In this document: positions 39,768 to 49,407 of the stretch, one piece after another
Numbering within the stretch: the stretch's first letter is position 1
How the letters are laid out: every line of letters starts with the position of its first letter
Notes under the pieces: model-generated
Database searches by the model: none
Seen by the model: the letters and a program-made list of their open reading frames with translations, nothing else
What the model was told of the DNA's origin: nothing
Assembly (NCBI GenBank): GCA_963808235.1
Contig: CAWEEQ010000004.1
Coordinates: 192,001 to 256,000 of the forward strand
Direction: 5' to 3'
Origin: an uncultured delta proteobacterium
GTDB taxonomy: Bacteria; Desulfobacterota; Binatia; Binatales; Binataceae
DNA length: 64,000 bases
Position numbers and translations under genes: made by a program

Positions 39768-40046
39768 TCAGTGGGGAGCGGGTGGTGGTGGTCCAGCCAG
39801 CAGTGCGCTCACAAACAGCGGAAACGTGACGCCGAAATAGAAACACTTGATCGGACTATCATCTTGCCACAGCGCTGAGAATCCACCGCCGGCGGCAACA
39901 TAAATGGCCGTCGCGATCGCATATACCAGCCACGAACTCGGCAGCACCACCGGGGAATCGTGCGCTAGCTTGTACCAACGTATTATTTCTGGCGAGGCGG
40001 CACCGAGCGCTCCGAAGGCAAACCGCTGTTTTCCGGAAAGAGCCAC
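39768..40046 (-). CDS. Small hypothetical membrane protein (3 TM)
   Basis: 92 aa with hydrophobic segments; GALGAASPE motif. Confidence 0.6.
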   Translation of the reverse strand: MALSGKQRFAFGALGAASPEIIRWYKLAHDSPVVLPSSWLVYAIATAIYVAAGGGFSALWQDDSPIKCFYFGVTFPLFVSALLAGPPPPAPH

Positions 40047-40056
40047 CGAAAAGGAA

Positions 40057-40227
40057 TCAGAACAGCGAAGAAATGTATGTCTTAAGCGGATTACCCAGGG
40101 ACGCTGGAGACAGTTCCACCAAGGCGTACACGATCACCACGAACACCACCAGCAACGCGACCGGCCTCCACAGCTTGTGCAGAAGAAGGTCAGTCCTAAT
40201 CAACTCTATGGAACTATGTGCATTCAT
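40057..40227 (-). CDS. Small single-TM protein, 56 aa (not in the ORF track)
   Basis: MNAHSSIELIRTDLLLHKLWRPVALLVVFVVIVYALVELSPASLGNPLKTYISSLF; ends 10 nt before the next ORF. Confidence 0.5.
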   Translation of the reverse strand: MNAHSSIELIRTDLLLHKLWRPVALLVVFVVIVYALVELSPASLGNPLKTYISSLF

Positions 40228-40437
40228 CAGGATTGCTCAGCCAGTCCTTGAGACATCTGCTCACTTGGAGTTTAGGGGACTCGGATGCCGAAATCCAGAG
40301 ATCGATCGACGCTCGCCCTACATTGTGGTGGGGTTACATCCGCGCCAAGATACGATATGTTGTGTGTGGTATTGACCCTTTGAGGGTTGATTGGGATAGT
40401 TTCCCAAGGTGGATGGTGCGGTGGAGGCGAGGGCAGC

Positions 40438-43400
40438 ATGCGTCTTAAGAGCCTTGAACTACTAGGCTTCAAGTCATTTCTCGATTCGACCACGATTGGC
40501 TTTGCGCCCGGGATGACCGCCGTAGTCGGTCCCAACGGATGCGGTAAATCCAACGTCGTCGACGCTATCCGATGGGTCCTCGGCGAGCAGGCGCCGACCC
40601 GTCTTCGCGGCAAGAGCATCGAGGATCTCATCTACGCCGGCAACGACTCCAATCCCGCCGCCGGAATGTGCGAGGTCTCGCTCATTCTCGAGGCTGAAGA
40701 AGGAAGCCTGCTCCCCGAGCCCTACTCAGTGCTGAGCGAAGTCGCAGTCACGCGCCGCGCCTATCGCTCCGGCGAATCGGAATATCTGCTCAACAAGATT
40801 CCCTGCCGCCTGAAGGACATCACGGAGTTCTTCATGGCCGCGCAAATTCATAGCCGCGGATACTCGCTCGTCGAGCAGGGCCGCATCGAGGAAATAATCC
40901 AGGCCAAGCCGCACGAGCTGCGCACCCTCGTCGAGGAAGCCGCCGGCCTCTCGCTCTTCAAGGGCCGCCGCGAGATGAGCGAGCGCAAGCTCGAACGCGT
41001 CAAGGAAAATCTCGCCCGCGTCGACGACGTGGTCAGAGAAATCGAGCGCCAGCTCAACTTCGCCCGCCGCCAGGCAAAGAAGGCCGAGACTTACAAAGTT
41101 GTCAAAGCGGAACTCGGCGAGCTCGAACGCTTCGCTGCGTCGCGCCGCCTTATCGATCAGCGCGAGGAATTGGCGCTTCAGACCGGTCGCGACGCGGAGC
41201 TTAAGGCCTCGCTCGAAAATGCTCGCGCGGACTCCTCCTCGATGCGCGAGGATGTCGACCATGCCGCGTCCACGGCCCAATCGTCACGCTCGGAGCTGGG
41301 CGGCGCGGAGCGCGAACTCGAAAACCTGCACTCCGGCGCGACCCAGCGCGCGCGAACTCGTGAATTCATGGAACGGCGGCTCGGCGCGATTTCAGAGCTC
41401 GAGCCAAATCTGCGCGCCCGCTTGGCGGAGCTCGAATCCAAGTCGACTATCGCGCGCGCAAGTCGTGCCGAGGCCGGCGCTGCGCTATCGCGCGAGATCG
41501 CGGCCGGCGGTGGCGACGCCGACGCGGCATTGAAGGAAATCTCTTCTCGCAATGAGGTCGCGCAAAAGGAACTCAAGAATGCCGAGCGCCTCGGTGAGGA
41601 ATCCAAAGACGAACTTTCAGACATAGTTCGCGAGGCCGCGGTTATCCGCGGACGTCTCGGCGATCTCGCCGGCGAGCGTGCCGAACTCGAGAATCGTCTC
41701 GGTGCAACCGCGACCGACACCCCCGCGCTGATGGAAACTTTGCGCGCTGCGACCGAATCGATGCGCGCGGCCGAGGAAGAACTCGAAGCCTGCCGCAATA
41801 CGGCCACGGACTCCGACGCCGCGCGGCGCACAGCCGCCGAGCATGAGATCGAAGCGCGCACCGCACTCGAACATCTTACCGCGCGGATAAACTCGCTGCG
41901 CGGTGTCCTCGGCGCGCGCAAGGAGGCGGTTGCGAATCATTCGCCCGATGGCGCGGCGCCACGGCTCCGCACCGTCCTCGAATCCCTCAATGGCGATCGT
42001 CCCGCCACCGATCCCGCAATTCTGAACCAGGTCGTACACGCGCCGATCCCGCTGGCGCCGGCTCTGAAAGCCGTGCTCGGCGATCAGATGGAGGCGGTGA
42101 TCGTCGAGTCTCCGGATTTCGCGCTGCGCGCGATCGAAATCCTGAAGGAGAACCGCGCCGGGCGGCTGAGCTTTGTGAATGAACCCGCCCCGGGCCTCGC
42201 GCCGCATCCCGCGATCGAAGCGCCCGGTATCTGTGGCCGCCTGCTCGACATGCTCGAGGTCGAGCCCCGCTTCGCGCCGGTAGCCGAAGTGATGCTTGGT
42301 CACGTGATGCTCGCCGACGATCTCCACGCAGCGCTGGCGGCCTCGAACTTGAACGGCCACGGCACGGTCTTCGTAACGCGCGAGGGCGACCTCGTATGGC
42401 CGGGCAGAATGATCACTGGCGGCAGCTCCGATGAAGGCCGCCCCGCGATCGATCCCGCCACCCTGGAGACCGAGATGCTCGCGCTGGCGCGCGCCGAAGA
42501 CGAGCATCGCGAGCGGATCGCGCACTTCGCGTCGATTCGCGCCGAGCGCGAGCGGGCGGACCAGGAACTCGAACAAGCTCGCACTCGTGCTCGCGACGCC
42601 GAGCGAATCGCCAACGAGCGTCGCACCGCGCTCGCCCGCGCGGAACAGGCAGTCGCGCTCGCCGACGCCAGCGGCGGCGCTTCGCGCCGCCGGCTCGGCG
42701 AAATCGCGGAACTGCTCGGCGCGTCGAACGCGCGCCTCGAAGAACTCGCGATGTCCGAACAAGGCGCGCGTGCGCGCCTCGCCGGCATCGTCGCCCAGCT
42801 CGCCGCACTCCGCAGTGCGGCGGAAGAAGTCGGCGCCGCGATGCTCGACGCCGCCTCCAAGGCCGAGGCGCGCAAAGCGCATCTAGGCGCGCTCGAGAGC
42901 GAACTCGCTCACACCCGGCGTGAGGCGAGCAGCCTCGAAGCCCAGTTCGACGAGCATCGCGCTACGCTTGAACGCGCGCTCGTCGAGCGCTCCGAGTTCG
43001 AGCGCGAACTCGAAAATCTTTCCGCGCAGGACTCCGCCGCGAAAATCCGCGAAGCCGGCCTCGAAGCGGAACTCAATCGGCTCACCGCCGAATGTGAATC
43101 CTGCGAGCATGCGCTCGAAGCGCGCCGCGCCGAATATAAGGCGGCTCAGGAGCGGCTGACGGCTCTGGAAGCCGACGCGATGGAATGCGGCCTCAAACGC
43201 GAGCGCGCTCGCGCGCTCAGCGAAGAGATGGCCCGCGCATTCATCGAAAAATTCGGCGCCGAGTTCGACACGATGGCAGTCGAGATAATTCCTGCCCTCG
43301 ACGGCCGCGACGCCGCTCAGGACGATGCGCGCATCATAGAGCTGCGCGCCAAGATGGAACGAATCGGCGAGGTGAATCTCGCCGCCGAAAGCGAAGTGAA

Positions 43401-43965
43401 CGAGCTCGAGGAACGCGCCGGCGTGTTGACTGCCGAGCGCACCGACTTGCAAAGCGCGCTCGACGATCTGACCAAGACGATCACCCACTTGAATCGCGAG
43501 GCGCGAAAACGCTTCGCCGAGACCTTCGAAGGCGCGGCCAAAAACTTTGCCGAGCTCTTCCCCAAACTTCTGCGCGGCGGCAAGGGACGCCTCGAACTAA
43601 CCGACGCCGGCGACGTGCTCGAGGCGGGCGTCAACGTGCTCGTTCAGCCGCCCGGCAAAAAGGTCAAGGAGATCGGTCTCCTCTCCGGCGGCGAAAAAGC
43701 GCTCTCCGCGATGGCGCTCATCTTCTCGCTGTTCCTGCTCAACCCAAGTCCGTTCTGCGTGATGGACGAAGTAGACGCCCCGCTCGACGAGTTCAGCCTC
43801 GCCGCCTTCACCACCCTGATGTCCGAGCTGAAAGCCCGCTCGCAATTCATCGTGATCACCCACAACCAGCGCACGATGCAGCGCGCCGACCAAATCCACG
43901 GCATAACAATGGACCGCCCCGGCGTGTCGCGAATCATCTCCCTGAAAATCCCCGAAGCCGCCTGA
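40438..43965 (+). CDS. smc: Chromosome segregation protein SMC
   Basis: GFKSF, GPNGCGKSN, hinge domain, LSGGEK, MDEVDAPLD, ITHN. Confidence 0.96.
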   Translation: MRLKSLELLGFKSFLDSTTIGFAPGMTAVVGPNGCGKSNVVDAIRWVLGEQAPTRLRGKSIEDLIYAGNDSNPAAGMCEVSLILEAEEGSLLPEPYSVLSEVAVTRRAYRSGESEYLLNKIPCRLKDITEFFMAAQIHSRGYSLVEQGRIEEIIQAKPHELRTLVEEAAGLSLFKGRREMSERKLERVKENLARVDDVVREIERQLNFARRQAKKAETYKVVKAELGELERFAASRRLIDQREELALQTGRDAELKASLENARADSSSMREDVDHAASTAQSSRSELGGAERELENLHSGATQRARTREFMERRLGAISELEPNLRARLAELESKSTIARASRAEAGAALSREIAAGGGDADAALKEISSRNEVAQKELKNAERLGEESKDELSDIVREAAVIRGRLGDLAGERAELENRLGATATDTPALMETLRAATESMRAAEEELEACRNTATDSDAARRTAAEHEIEARTALEHLTARINSLRGVLGARKEAVANHSPDGAAPRLRTVLESLNGDRPATDPAILNQVVHAPIPLAPALKAVLGDQMEAVIVESPDFALRAIEILKENRAGRLSFVNEPAPGLAPHPAIEAPGICGRLLDMLEVEPRFAPVAEVMLGHVMLADDLHAALAASNLNGHGTVFVTREGDLVWPGRMITGGSSDEGRPAIDPATLETEMLALARAEDEHRERIAHFASIRAERERADQELEQARTRARDAERIANERRTALARAEQAVALADASGGASRRRLGEIAELLGASNARLEELAMSEQGARARLAGIVAQLAALRSAAEEVGAAMLDAASKAEARKAHLGALESELAHTRREASSLEAQFDEHRATLERALVERSEFERELENLSAQDSAAKIREAGLEAELNRLTAECESCEHALEARRAEYKAAQERLTALEADAMECGLKRERARALSEEMARAFIEKFGAEFDTMAVEIIPALDGRDAAQDDARIIELRAKMERIGEVNLAAESEVNELEERAGVLTAERTDLQSALDDLTKTITHLNREARKRFAETFEGAAKNFAELFPKLLRGGKGRLELTDAGDVLEAGVNVLVQPPGKKVKEIGLLSGGEKALSAMALIFSLFLLNPSPFCVMDEVDAPLDEFSLAAFTTLMSELKARSQFIVITHNQRTMQRADQIHGITMDRPGVSRIISLKIPEAA

Positions 43966-43989
43966 CCCGAAATCTTGCCCGTCTTAAAT

Positions 43990-44024
43990 CCCTCTCCTTG
44001 TCCAAGGAGAGGGTTAGGGAGAGG
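43990..44024. repeat. REP-like palindromic element
   Basis: CCCTCTCCTTG-TC-CAAGGAGAGGG-TTAGGGAGAGG, resembling the CCCTCTCC/GGAGAGGG/GGGxGAGG type of extragenic repeat. Confidence 0.6.
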
Positions 44025-44168
44025 TTTCACGCTCGATACCGCATCTTGCCGGACGTTGAAGCTCACCCAGCAAAGCACTCCGCAAGTACTTTCTTGAAGT
44101 AGATCGCGCATCATTTTGTCGTGCAGTCGCTCACTGCAAGTCATCCACAGTGATAGACTAGATTGTCA

Positions 44169-44241
44169 GGGCCGGTAGCTCAGTTGGATAGAGCGAGTGT
44201 CTCGAAAACTCTGGTCGCGGGTTCGAGTCCCGCCCGGCCCG
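44169..44241 (+). tRNA. Atypical or pseudo tRNA: Arg-type body, anticodon loop CTCGAAA (reads CGA; probably a slipped CTTCGAA = Arg TCG); no encoded CCA
   Basis: Acceptor GGGCCGG/CCGGCCC, D-arm GCTC/GAGC with A20, T-arm GCGGG-TTCGAGT-CCCGC, anticodon stem with one mismatch. Confidence 0.7.
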
Positions 44242-44426
44242 TTTGACCTGCGCAGCGCTAAGCCGTATCCTGAATCTATCGAGACACTCGCATCTGCTGA
44301 GCGAAGGGATTCGTTCCTGCGCCAGAGGTGATCAGAGGGTAAGAGGCCGGGCAAACGTTCCCGGCCTTTTGCTTTCCGGCGCTTCCCAGCGCCGCTTCTC
44401 GATGGATATGCTCGCTCCACGGTAGA

Positions 44427-44981
44427 ATGATGAAGAAAACCATTGTCGTCACAAAATTGGACGCGGCAAAGCGGCAGCTGGAAATGGCGATCCGACTCTA
44501 CTTCCGCGAAGAAGATCCGGTTTCGATCCACACGCTGGTTTGCGCCGCATACAACGTTATTCGCGATGTTACCAAGCAGCAGGGCGGGTCGCCGATGCTC
44601 ATAAAGGATGAGCTCATAGAGGTATACGTAAGGCCAGGGCACGAGCGAGAGGCCCGTAATGTGTTGAACGCTGCCGAGAACTTCTTCAAGCATGCAGATC
44701 GAGATCAGTTAGGGACAATTGAGTTCGATCCAGACGCGTCTGCGTTCATTATTTGGGACGCAGCACGTGGATACTTCAGAATCACGGGAGAGTGGACGCC
44801 ATTGTTTCAGGTGTTCAACCTGTGGTTTATAGCGGCGAATGAGAAAATCATTAAGCCGGAATTTAAAGAGAAGCTTGCCGGGCCGGCGCGAGCAGCAAGA
44901 AGCGTCGGCAGAGCCGACTTTTTCGAGATGATGCTTCCAGTGCTCATGAGAACAGGGACTGGTCGGCAGGAGGAGAAATAG
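44427..44981 (+). CDS. Hypothetical protein, possibly HEPN-like
   Basis: AKRQLEMAIRLYF..SIHTL..AA; ENFFKHAD resembles a HEPN RxxxxH-type motif; atypical codon usage. Confidence 0.6.
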   Translation: MMKKTIVVTKLDAAKRQLEMAIRLYFREEDPVSIHTLVCAAYNVIRDVTKQQGGSPMLIKDELIEVYVRPGHEREARNVLNAAENFFKHADRDQLGTIEFDPDASAFIIWDAARGYFRITGEWTPLFQVFNLWFIAANEKIIKPEFKEKLAGPARAARSVGRADFFEMMLPVLMRTGTGRQEEK

Positions 44982-45033
44982 GCGACGAGAAATGCGAAGA
45001 GACAGGTGACGGGTTCAACATAGGTTGCCGGAC

Positions 45034-45315
45034 TCAGCCTGAAGGCTTAACGCAATCGTAGATCGCCCGATTGCCTTCCATGTGCGTGAACCGCGCCGAT
45101 TTGCCGTACTGCGCGCAATGCTTGTCCGCTAAGGGCAACGCGTCCATTTCGTTCCATACGTTTGAAACGGTTACATACGACTCGTTGCCGACAACGCGTT
45201 GGCCGAACAATCCTAGAGGGTAGATCTGCGTGTCTCCGCCGATGGCGCATCCGACGAGACCAAATCCCGCGAGCGCGAGAGCAGTAACCCTAATCGAAAT
45301 AAAATATGCTGGCAT
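45034..45315 (-). CDS. Hypothetical lipoprotein
   Basis: Lipobox LVGC; A.KHCAQYGK and YDC motifs. Confidence 0.7.
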   Translation of the reverse strand: MPAYFISIRVTALALAGFGLVGCAIGGDTQIYPLGLFGQRVVGNESYVTVSNVWNEMDALPLADKHCAQYGKSARFTHMEGNRAIYDCVKPSG

Positions 45316-45329
45316 CGCTAGCTTTCATC

Positions 45330-45920
45330 TTAGTCGAACACCCAACCCATTGTGCCCATGACCATCATGGTTGCCTTCACCGTCACGCCGATTATCAGCC
45401 GCACGTCCGAATCGTTGCTAGACGGACTTGCAAGCAAACGCTCGCTGCGAATGTTAAAGGCGGTAATCAAGGAGTCGTCCTCTAACAAACACAACATGGG
45501 CGTTTCTTTCTCTGTTGGTTGAAAAGTCGCCGGTATTTCCGCGTCTGTCTTTGGAATACGGAGACCGTCGAACAATGTCAGGATTCGGTTATCCAAGTCG
45601 CCGCGTTTCTCGAACAAAGAACCAGGTGACTGACGCCTGAGAAAAAGAATGTCCAGTTCACAAACGAGATGAAGATGATCGTTAACGAGCGGAATGAACT
45701 CAAGATTCCGGCAGGTATGGGGTGGCAGCAAGCGCTGCCCGCTAAAGGCTCCAACTCTCAGCTTGAGATCCTTCTCGAACTCGCCCGCCAGGTAGGGATG
45801 GATCGCGATCAGTTCTCGGATCTGTGGGTGAAACACTCGTCGTAGCTTCATTTTTTCGGGAACGCGAGTTTCGTTTGCTGCTGACGGCAACGATCCGTCG
45901 TAGGTCAGAGTAAATTTCAT
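45330..45920 (-). CDS. RusA-like nuclease-fold protein
   Basis: GDLDNRILTLFDGL and LLEDDSLI resemble RusA DxDN..D / DD motifs; the usual catalytic Lys position is Leu. Confidence 0.6.
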   Translation of the reverse strand: MKFTLTYDGSLPSAANETRVPEKMKLRRVFHPQIRELIAIHPYLAGEFEKDLKLRVGAFSGQRLLPPHTCRNLEFIPLVNDHLHLVCELDILFLRRQSPGSLFEKRGDLDNRILTLFDGLRIPKTDAEIPATFQPTEKETPMLCLLEDDSLITAFNIRSERLLASPSSNDSDVRLIIGVTVKATMMVMGTMGWVFD

Positions 45921-45996
45921 GCACTTTACCGGATGATTCAGGTCTTGGCCGACGAGCGCCGCGCCGCTTTTCTTTTGGTCAAAATCGCGCGCGCAA

Positions 45997-46845
45997 CTAA
46001 ATCAAACTGTAGCCACTCCCCTTGCGATCGAAACCAATCCCAACTCCCTTCTTGATGATGCCGTATTGCTTCAACAACGTCTGACTGTACGTCACCAGCC
46101 CAGTCACCTTGTCGAGCGGTTCGGTCGCGAGGATCAGCGCCGACTGCGCCATCCACTCGACCGGCTCTCCAGTCGGATCGTCCGGCCCCGTCACCAGATG
46201 ATGATGCACGGTGCCGGGAGTCGCGACCACTTGCGACGGCGATACGCACGTCACCGAGATATTGTCGTCGTACACTTCCTCCGCGAGGCCTTGCGTAAAC
46301 CGCTCGAGCGCCGCCTTCTCCGCGCCGTAGCAAACCCCGCCGCGAAATACGGTGGCCGCTTTGTAAGGTCCGCGGCCCGGTCCAATCGCCGCGCCCGACG
46401 AGATATTCACGATCGATCCCGATTTCCGCGGGATCATGTCCTGCAACACCAGATGACTCAAAATGAACGGCCCGTGCAGATTCACCGCAAACGAGCGCAT
46501 CCATCGCTTGGGCGGAAAATCTTTCACCGGGATGAAGTAAGTGAGCGCCGCGTTGTTCACCAGCACGTCAACCGGCCCGTAGAGCTTGCGCGTGTCAGCG
46601 ACCAGCTTCTCGCAGTCGGTCTCGGCCGAAACATCGCAAGTGATCGCAGTCGCCTCGCCGCCGGCCTTCCTGATTCCGGCAACGGTAGTCTCGAGCGATC
46701 CTTCCAGCGGATGCTCCCCCTCCTTGAGCGTCCGCGCCGAGCAGACAACCTTCGCCCCTTCCTTCGCAAACAACTCAGCAATCGCCTTGCCAATCCCGCG
46801 ACTAGCGCCCGTCACAATCGCAACTTTCCCTTGCAGCTTGCCCAT
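45997..46845 (-). CDS. SDR family oxidoreductase
   Basis: TGASRGIG, VNNAA, YGAEK. Confidence 0.92.
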   Translation of the reverse strand: MGKLQGKVAIVTGASRGIGKAIAELFAKEGAKVVCSARTLKEGEHPLEGSLETTVAGIRKAGGEATAITCDVSAETDCEKLVADTRKLYGPVDVLVNNAALTYFIPVKDFPPKRWMRSFAVNLHGPFILSHLVLQDMIPRKSGSIVNISSGAAIGPGRGPYKAATVFRGGVCYGAEKAALERFTQGLAEEVYDDNISVTCVSPSQVVATPGTVHHHLVTGPDDPTGEPVEWMAQSALILATEPLDKVTGLVTYSQTLLKQYGIIKKGVGIGFDRKGSGYSLI

Positions 46846-47333
46846 CTCCAGATCTCCCTAGTTGATGAGTCCGCGTGATTTTACGATCGCAGACCCACAT
46901 TTCTTATATCCACATCGACACACACTCGGCCACCGCCAATCGTCGCGCGCCCCGTGATGAACGCGCCGAACACGTCATCTCTCTCCCCCCAACCCCTTCG
47001 AACAGGCGCTCCGCGCCGCATCTTCATTCCTCATTCCTCACTCAGGTGCAGGGGCATGGCCCCTGCCCAAGGAAGCGTGAAACCCGGGTGGGTTTCACAT
47101 TAAATAAAGTTCCGCTCTCTCTCGCCTTTTCCCGCATCCTCATAAGCGCCGGTAATCCACCGGATCGCCACAAAAGTTCAGGGATGAACAGTTCATCCTT
47201 ACCGATGCCAAAAATCTGTGGGATTCTTACGATAGCGGTAGTTTCCGACGCCCGCCCTGACTGTTATTCTCTCAAGCGACTGCAGCTCTGGATTCTCTTA
47301 CTGTATTTTTAACTTTCAACTGAATTTTCGATC

Positions 47334-48578
47334 ATGCATCCCTTGGACATCGCACTTTCACTGCTAATCGCCGCCGGCGCCGGCTCGGCCCTGGTCTTCA
47401 TCGGCGTGCTGATGCAATGGAGCCTGCGCAAGGCCCGCCCCGCGCCAGAGCGCGTCGAGACCGCCGAAATTGCCGCGGCTCCCACGCAAGCCGCACCCGA
47501 GCAAGCCCGAACCGAGTTAGTCGAGGAAGCGCCGCAGGCCGCCGATTCGGCAAGCGTCGGCAAGGCGGATTACGACGCCGATCTGGCAAGAGCCGGCAAG
47601 GCGGCCGAAACTCTCCCTCCGCCCGAAATCGCAAAATCGCCGGTCAGGATTGGGCTTGGACTGCGCAAGACGCGGGAGAATTTTCTCGGCCGAATCAGGG
47701 CCGCGCTGACCGGCAGCGCAAAGATCGACGAGATTTACGAAGGCCTCGAAGAAGCGCTGATCGCGGCCGACGTCGGAGTCGAGGCGAGCATGAAGATTGC
47801 CGCCGCGGTGCGCGCCAAGCTCGGCAACGACAGCCGTCCCGACGCGATTCGCGACGCGCTCAAAGCCGAGATCGCCGCGATTCTGGCCGCGGCGGATCGC
47901 GCACCCGCCGATCCCGGCGATGCGCCGATGGTGATCATGCTGGTCGGAGTCAACGGCGCCGGCAAAACCACCACGCTCGCGAAACTCGCCGCCCGCCTCA
48001 AAGAGGAGCGCGGCAGCGTGATCGTCGCGGCGGCGGATACCTTTCGCGCCGCCGCTATCGAGCAGCTCGAGGTATGGTGCGAGCGCGCCGGCGCCGACGT
48101 GATCAAACAATCGCAAGGCAGCGACCCCGCCGCGGTAGCCTTCGACGCGGTCAAAGCCGCGGTCGCACGCAAAGCCGGCACGCTGCTGATCGACACCGCC
48201 GGCCGCCTGCAGACCAAGGTCAATCTGATGGAGGAATTGAAGAAGATCGCGCGGGTGATCGCACGCGAACTCCCGGGCGCGCCGCATGAGACCTGGCTCG
48301 TACTGGACGCGAATACCGGTCAGAATGCACTCAGCCAGGCCAAGATTTTCGGCGACGCGGTGCCGCTTACCGGCGTGGTCCTCGCGAAACTCGACAGCAC
48401 GGCGAAGGGCGGCGTGGTCGTTGGTATCGCGGAGCGGCTCAAGATTCCGGTGCGATTTGTCGGGCTGGGCGAGGAGCTCGGCGACTTGCGCGAGTTCGAC
48501 GGCCAGGAATTTGTGGAGGCGCTGTTTGCAACTGACGACGCAGGAGAGCAGAGTGCCAGCGGTTCTTATGCAGCTTGA
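47334..48578 (+). CDS. ftsY: SRP receptor FtsY with N-terminal TM anchor
   Basis: GVNGAGKTTT, DTFRAAA, DTAGRL, AKLDSTAKGG, GLGE. Confidence 0.96.
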   Translation: MHPLDIALSLLIAAGAGSALVFIGVLMQWSLRKARPAPERVETAEIAAAPTQAAPEQARTELVEEAPQAADSASVGKADYDADLARAGKAAETLPPPEIAKSPVRIGLGLRKTRENFLGRIRAALTGSAKIDEIYEGLEEALIAADVGVEASMKIAAAVRAKLGNDSRPDAIRDALKAEIAAILAAADRAPADPGDAPMVIMLVGVNGAGKTTTLAKLAARLKEERGSVIVAAADTFRAAAIEQLEVWCERAGADVIKQSQGSDPAAVAFDAVKAAVARKAGTLLIDTAGRLQTKVNLMEELKKIARVIARELPGAPHETWLVLDANTGQNALSQAKIFGDAVPLTGVVLAKLDSTAKGGVVVGIAERLKIPVRFVGLGEELGDLREFDGQEFVEALFATDDAGEQSASGSYAA

Positions 48579-48625
48579 CAGGGCAGTTTATCCAAAATTA
48601 AATCAAAGGTAGAAGTTTCTCATTC

Positions 48626-48874
48626 ATGGCGACAGATGTCCTAAAGCAACTAGACGAGCGAATTCAGGCTTCGGTGGCGCGTATTCAGCAATTGCGCAAG
48701 GAAAATGAACAACTCGCGCTGAAACTCGCGGAATCCGAAAAACGATATGCTGAGGCGGCCGGCCAGGTTAAACAGTTGAACACCGAGCGCCAACAGCATG
48801 AGAACGAGCGCAACGACGTTCGGACCCGGATAGAAAAGATTCTGTCGCGCTTCGAAGGGATCGATCTTGGTTGA
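48626..48874 (+). CDS. zapB: ZapB-like coiled-coil cell division protein
   Basis: 82-aa heptad coiled coil directly upstream of zapA. Confidence 0.65.
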   Translation: MATDVLKQLDERIQASVARIQQLRKENEQLALKLAESEKRYAEAAGQVKQLNTERQQHENERNDVRTRIEKILSRFEGIDLG

Positions 48875-49148
48875 AGTGAAGGGCATCAGCGTCCAAATCA
48901 TGGGCCAAAGCCTGGTCGTCGCCAGCGATGCCGGCGATGAGTGGGTCAGATCCGTGGCTGAGACCGTGGATGAGAAAATCAAGGATATCCGCGCCGGGAC
49001 CCAGACGGTCAATTCCGTGAATCTGGCAATCCTGGCTGCGTTAAATTTCGCCGACGAGCTCGAACGCCTCCGCCATGAGCATCAGGAGCTGGTGGATCGA
49101 ATCGCGGCGATGAATAAACGGCTGTCCGCGGCTATCGACGGCGAGTGA
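48867..49148 (+). CDS. zapA: Cell division protein ZapA
   Basis: V.IMGQ..VA..VDEKI..AILAALNFADE. Confidence 0.9.
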   Translation: MVEVKGISVQIMGQSLVVASDAGDEWVRSVAETVDEKIKDIRAGTQTVNSVNLAILAALNFADELERLRHEHQELVDRIAAMNKRLSAAIDGE

Positions 49149-49202
49149 CTTGTGAATCGTCGTCGAATCAGCGCGCGGCATCCGAGAGGTGGACCGATTT
49201 CT

Positions 49203-49407
49203 GACGGGGGCGGGAATTTTGGATCTCGAAAGTGGCCTAACGCGGTGCTTACTATCATGAGGCCCGTGCGATATTTTTCAACCGCATCAAAGGCGAATGG
49301 CCGCGAGCAGAATTGCTTTGCGGATACAGGCCGGCTGTCAGCCGGCTCGAGAACGACAAGCGCACGCGTCGGCGAGCGTTTAATGAGTAGTTGATCCCGC
49401 TCCCGCC
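49203..49407 (+). ncRNA. ssrS: 6S RNA (approximate ends)
   Basis: Conserved zapA-ssrS-ygfA synteny; long rod-like pairing: CGGGGGCGGGA with TCCCGCTCCCG, TACTATCAT with ATGAGTA, CGTGCG with CGCACG. Confidence 0.65.

Noticed and set aside
40073-40375. 100-aa plus-strand ORF
   Set aside because: Antisense to the more plausible 56-aa TM ORF; no SD or motifs
47040-47100. TCAGGT...AAGGAAGC plus hairpins upstream of ftsY, suggestive of SRP RNA (ffs)
   Set aside because: The helix-8 core (CAGGUCC-GNRA-GGAAGCAG) is interrupted and no enclosing long stem is evident; more likely two unrelated hairpins
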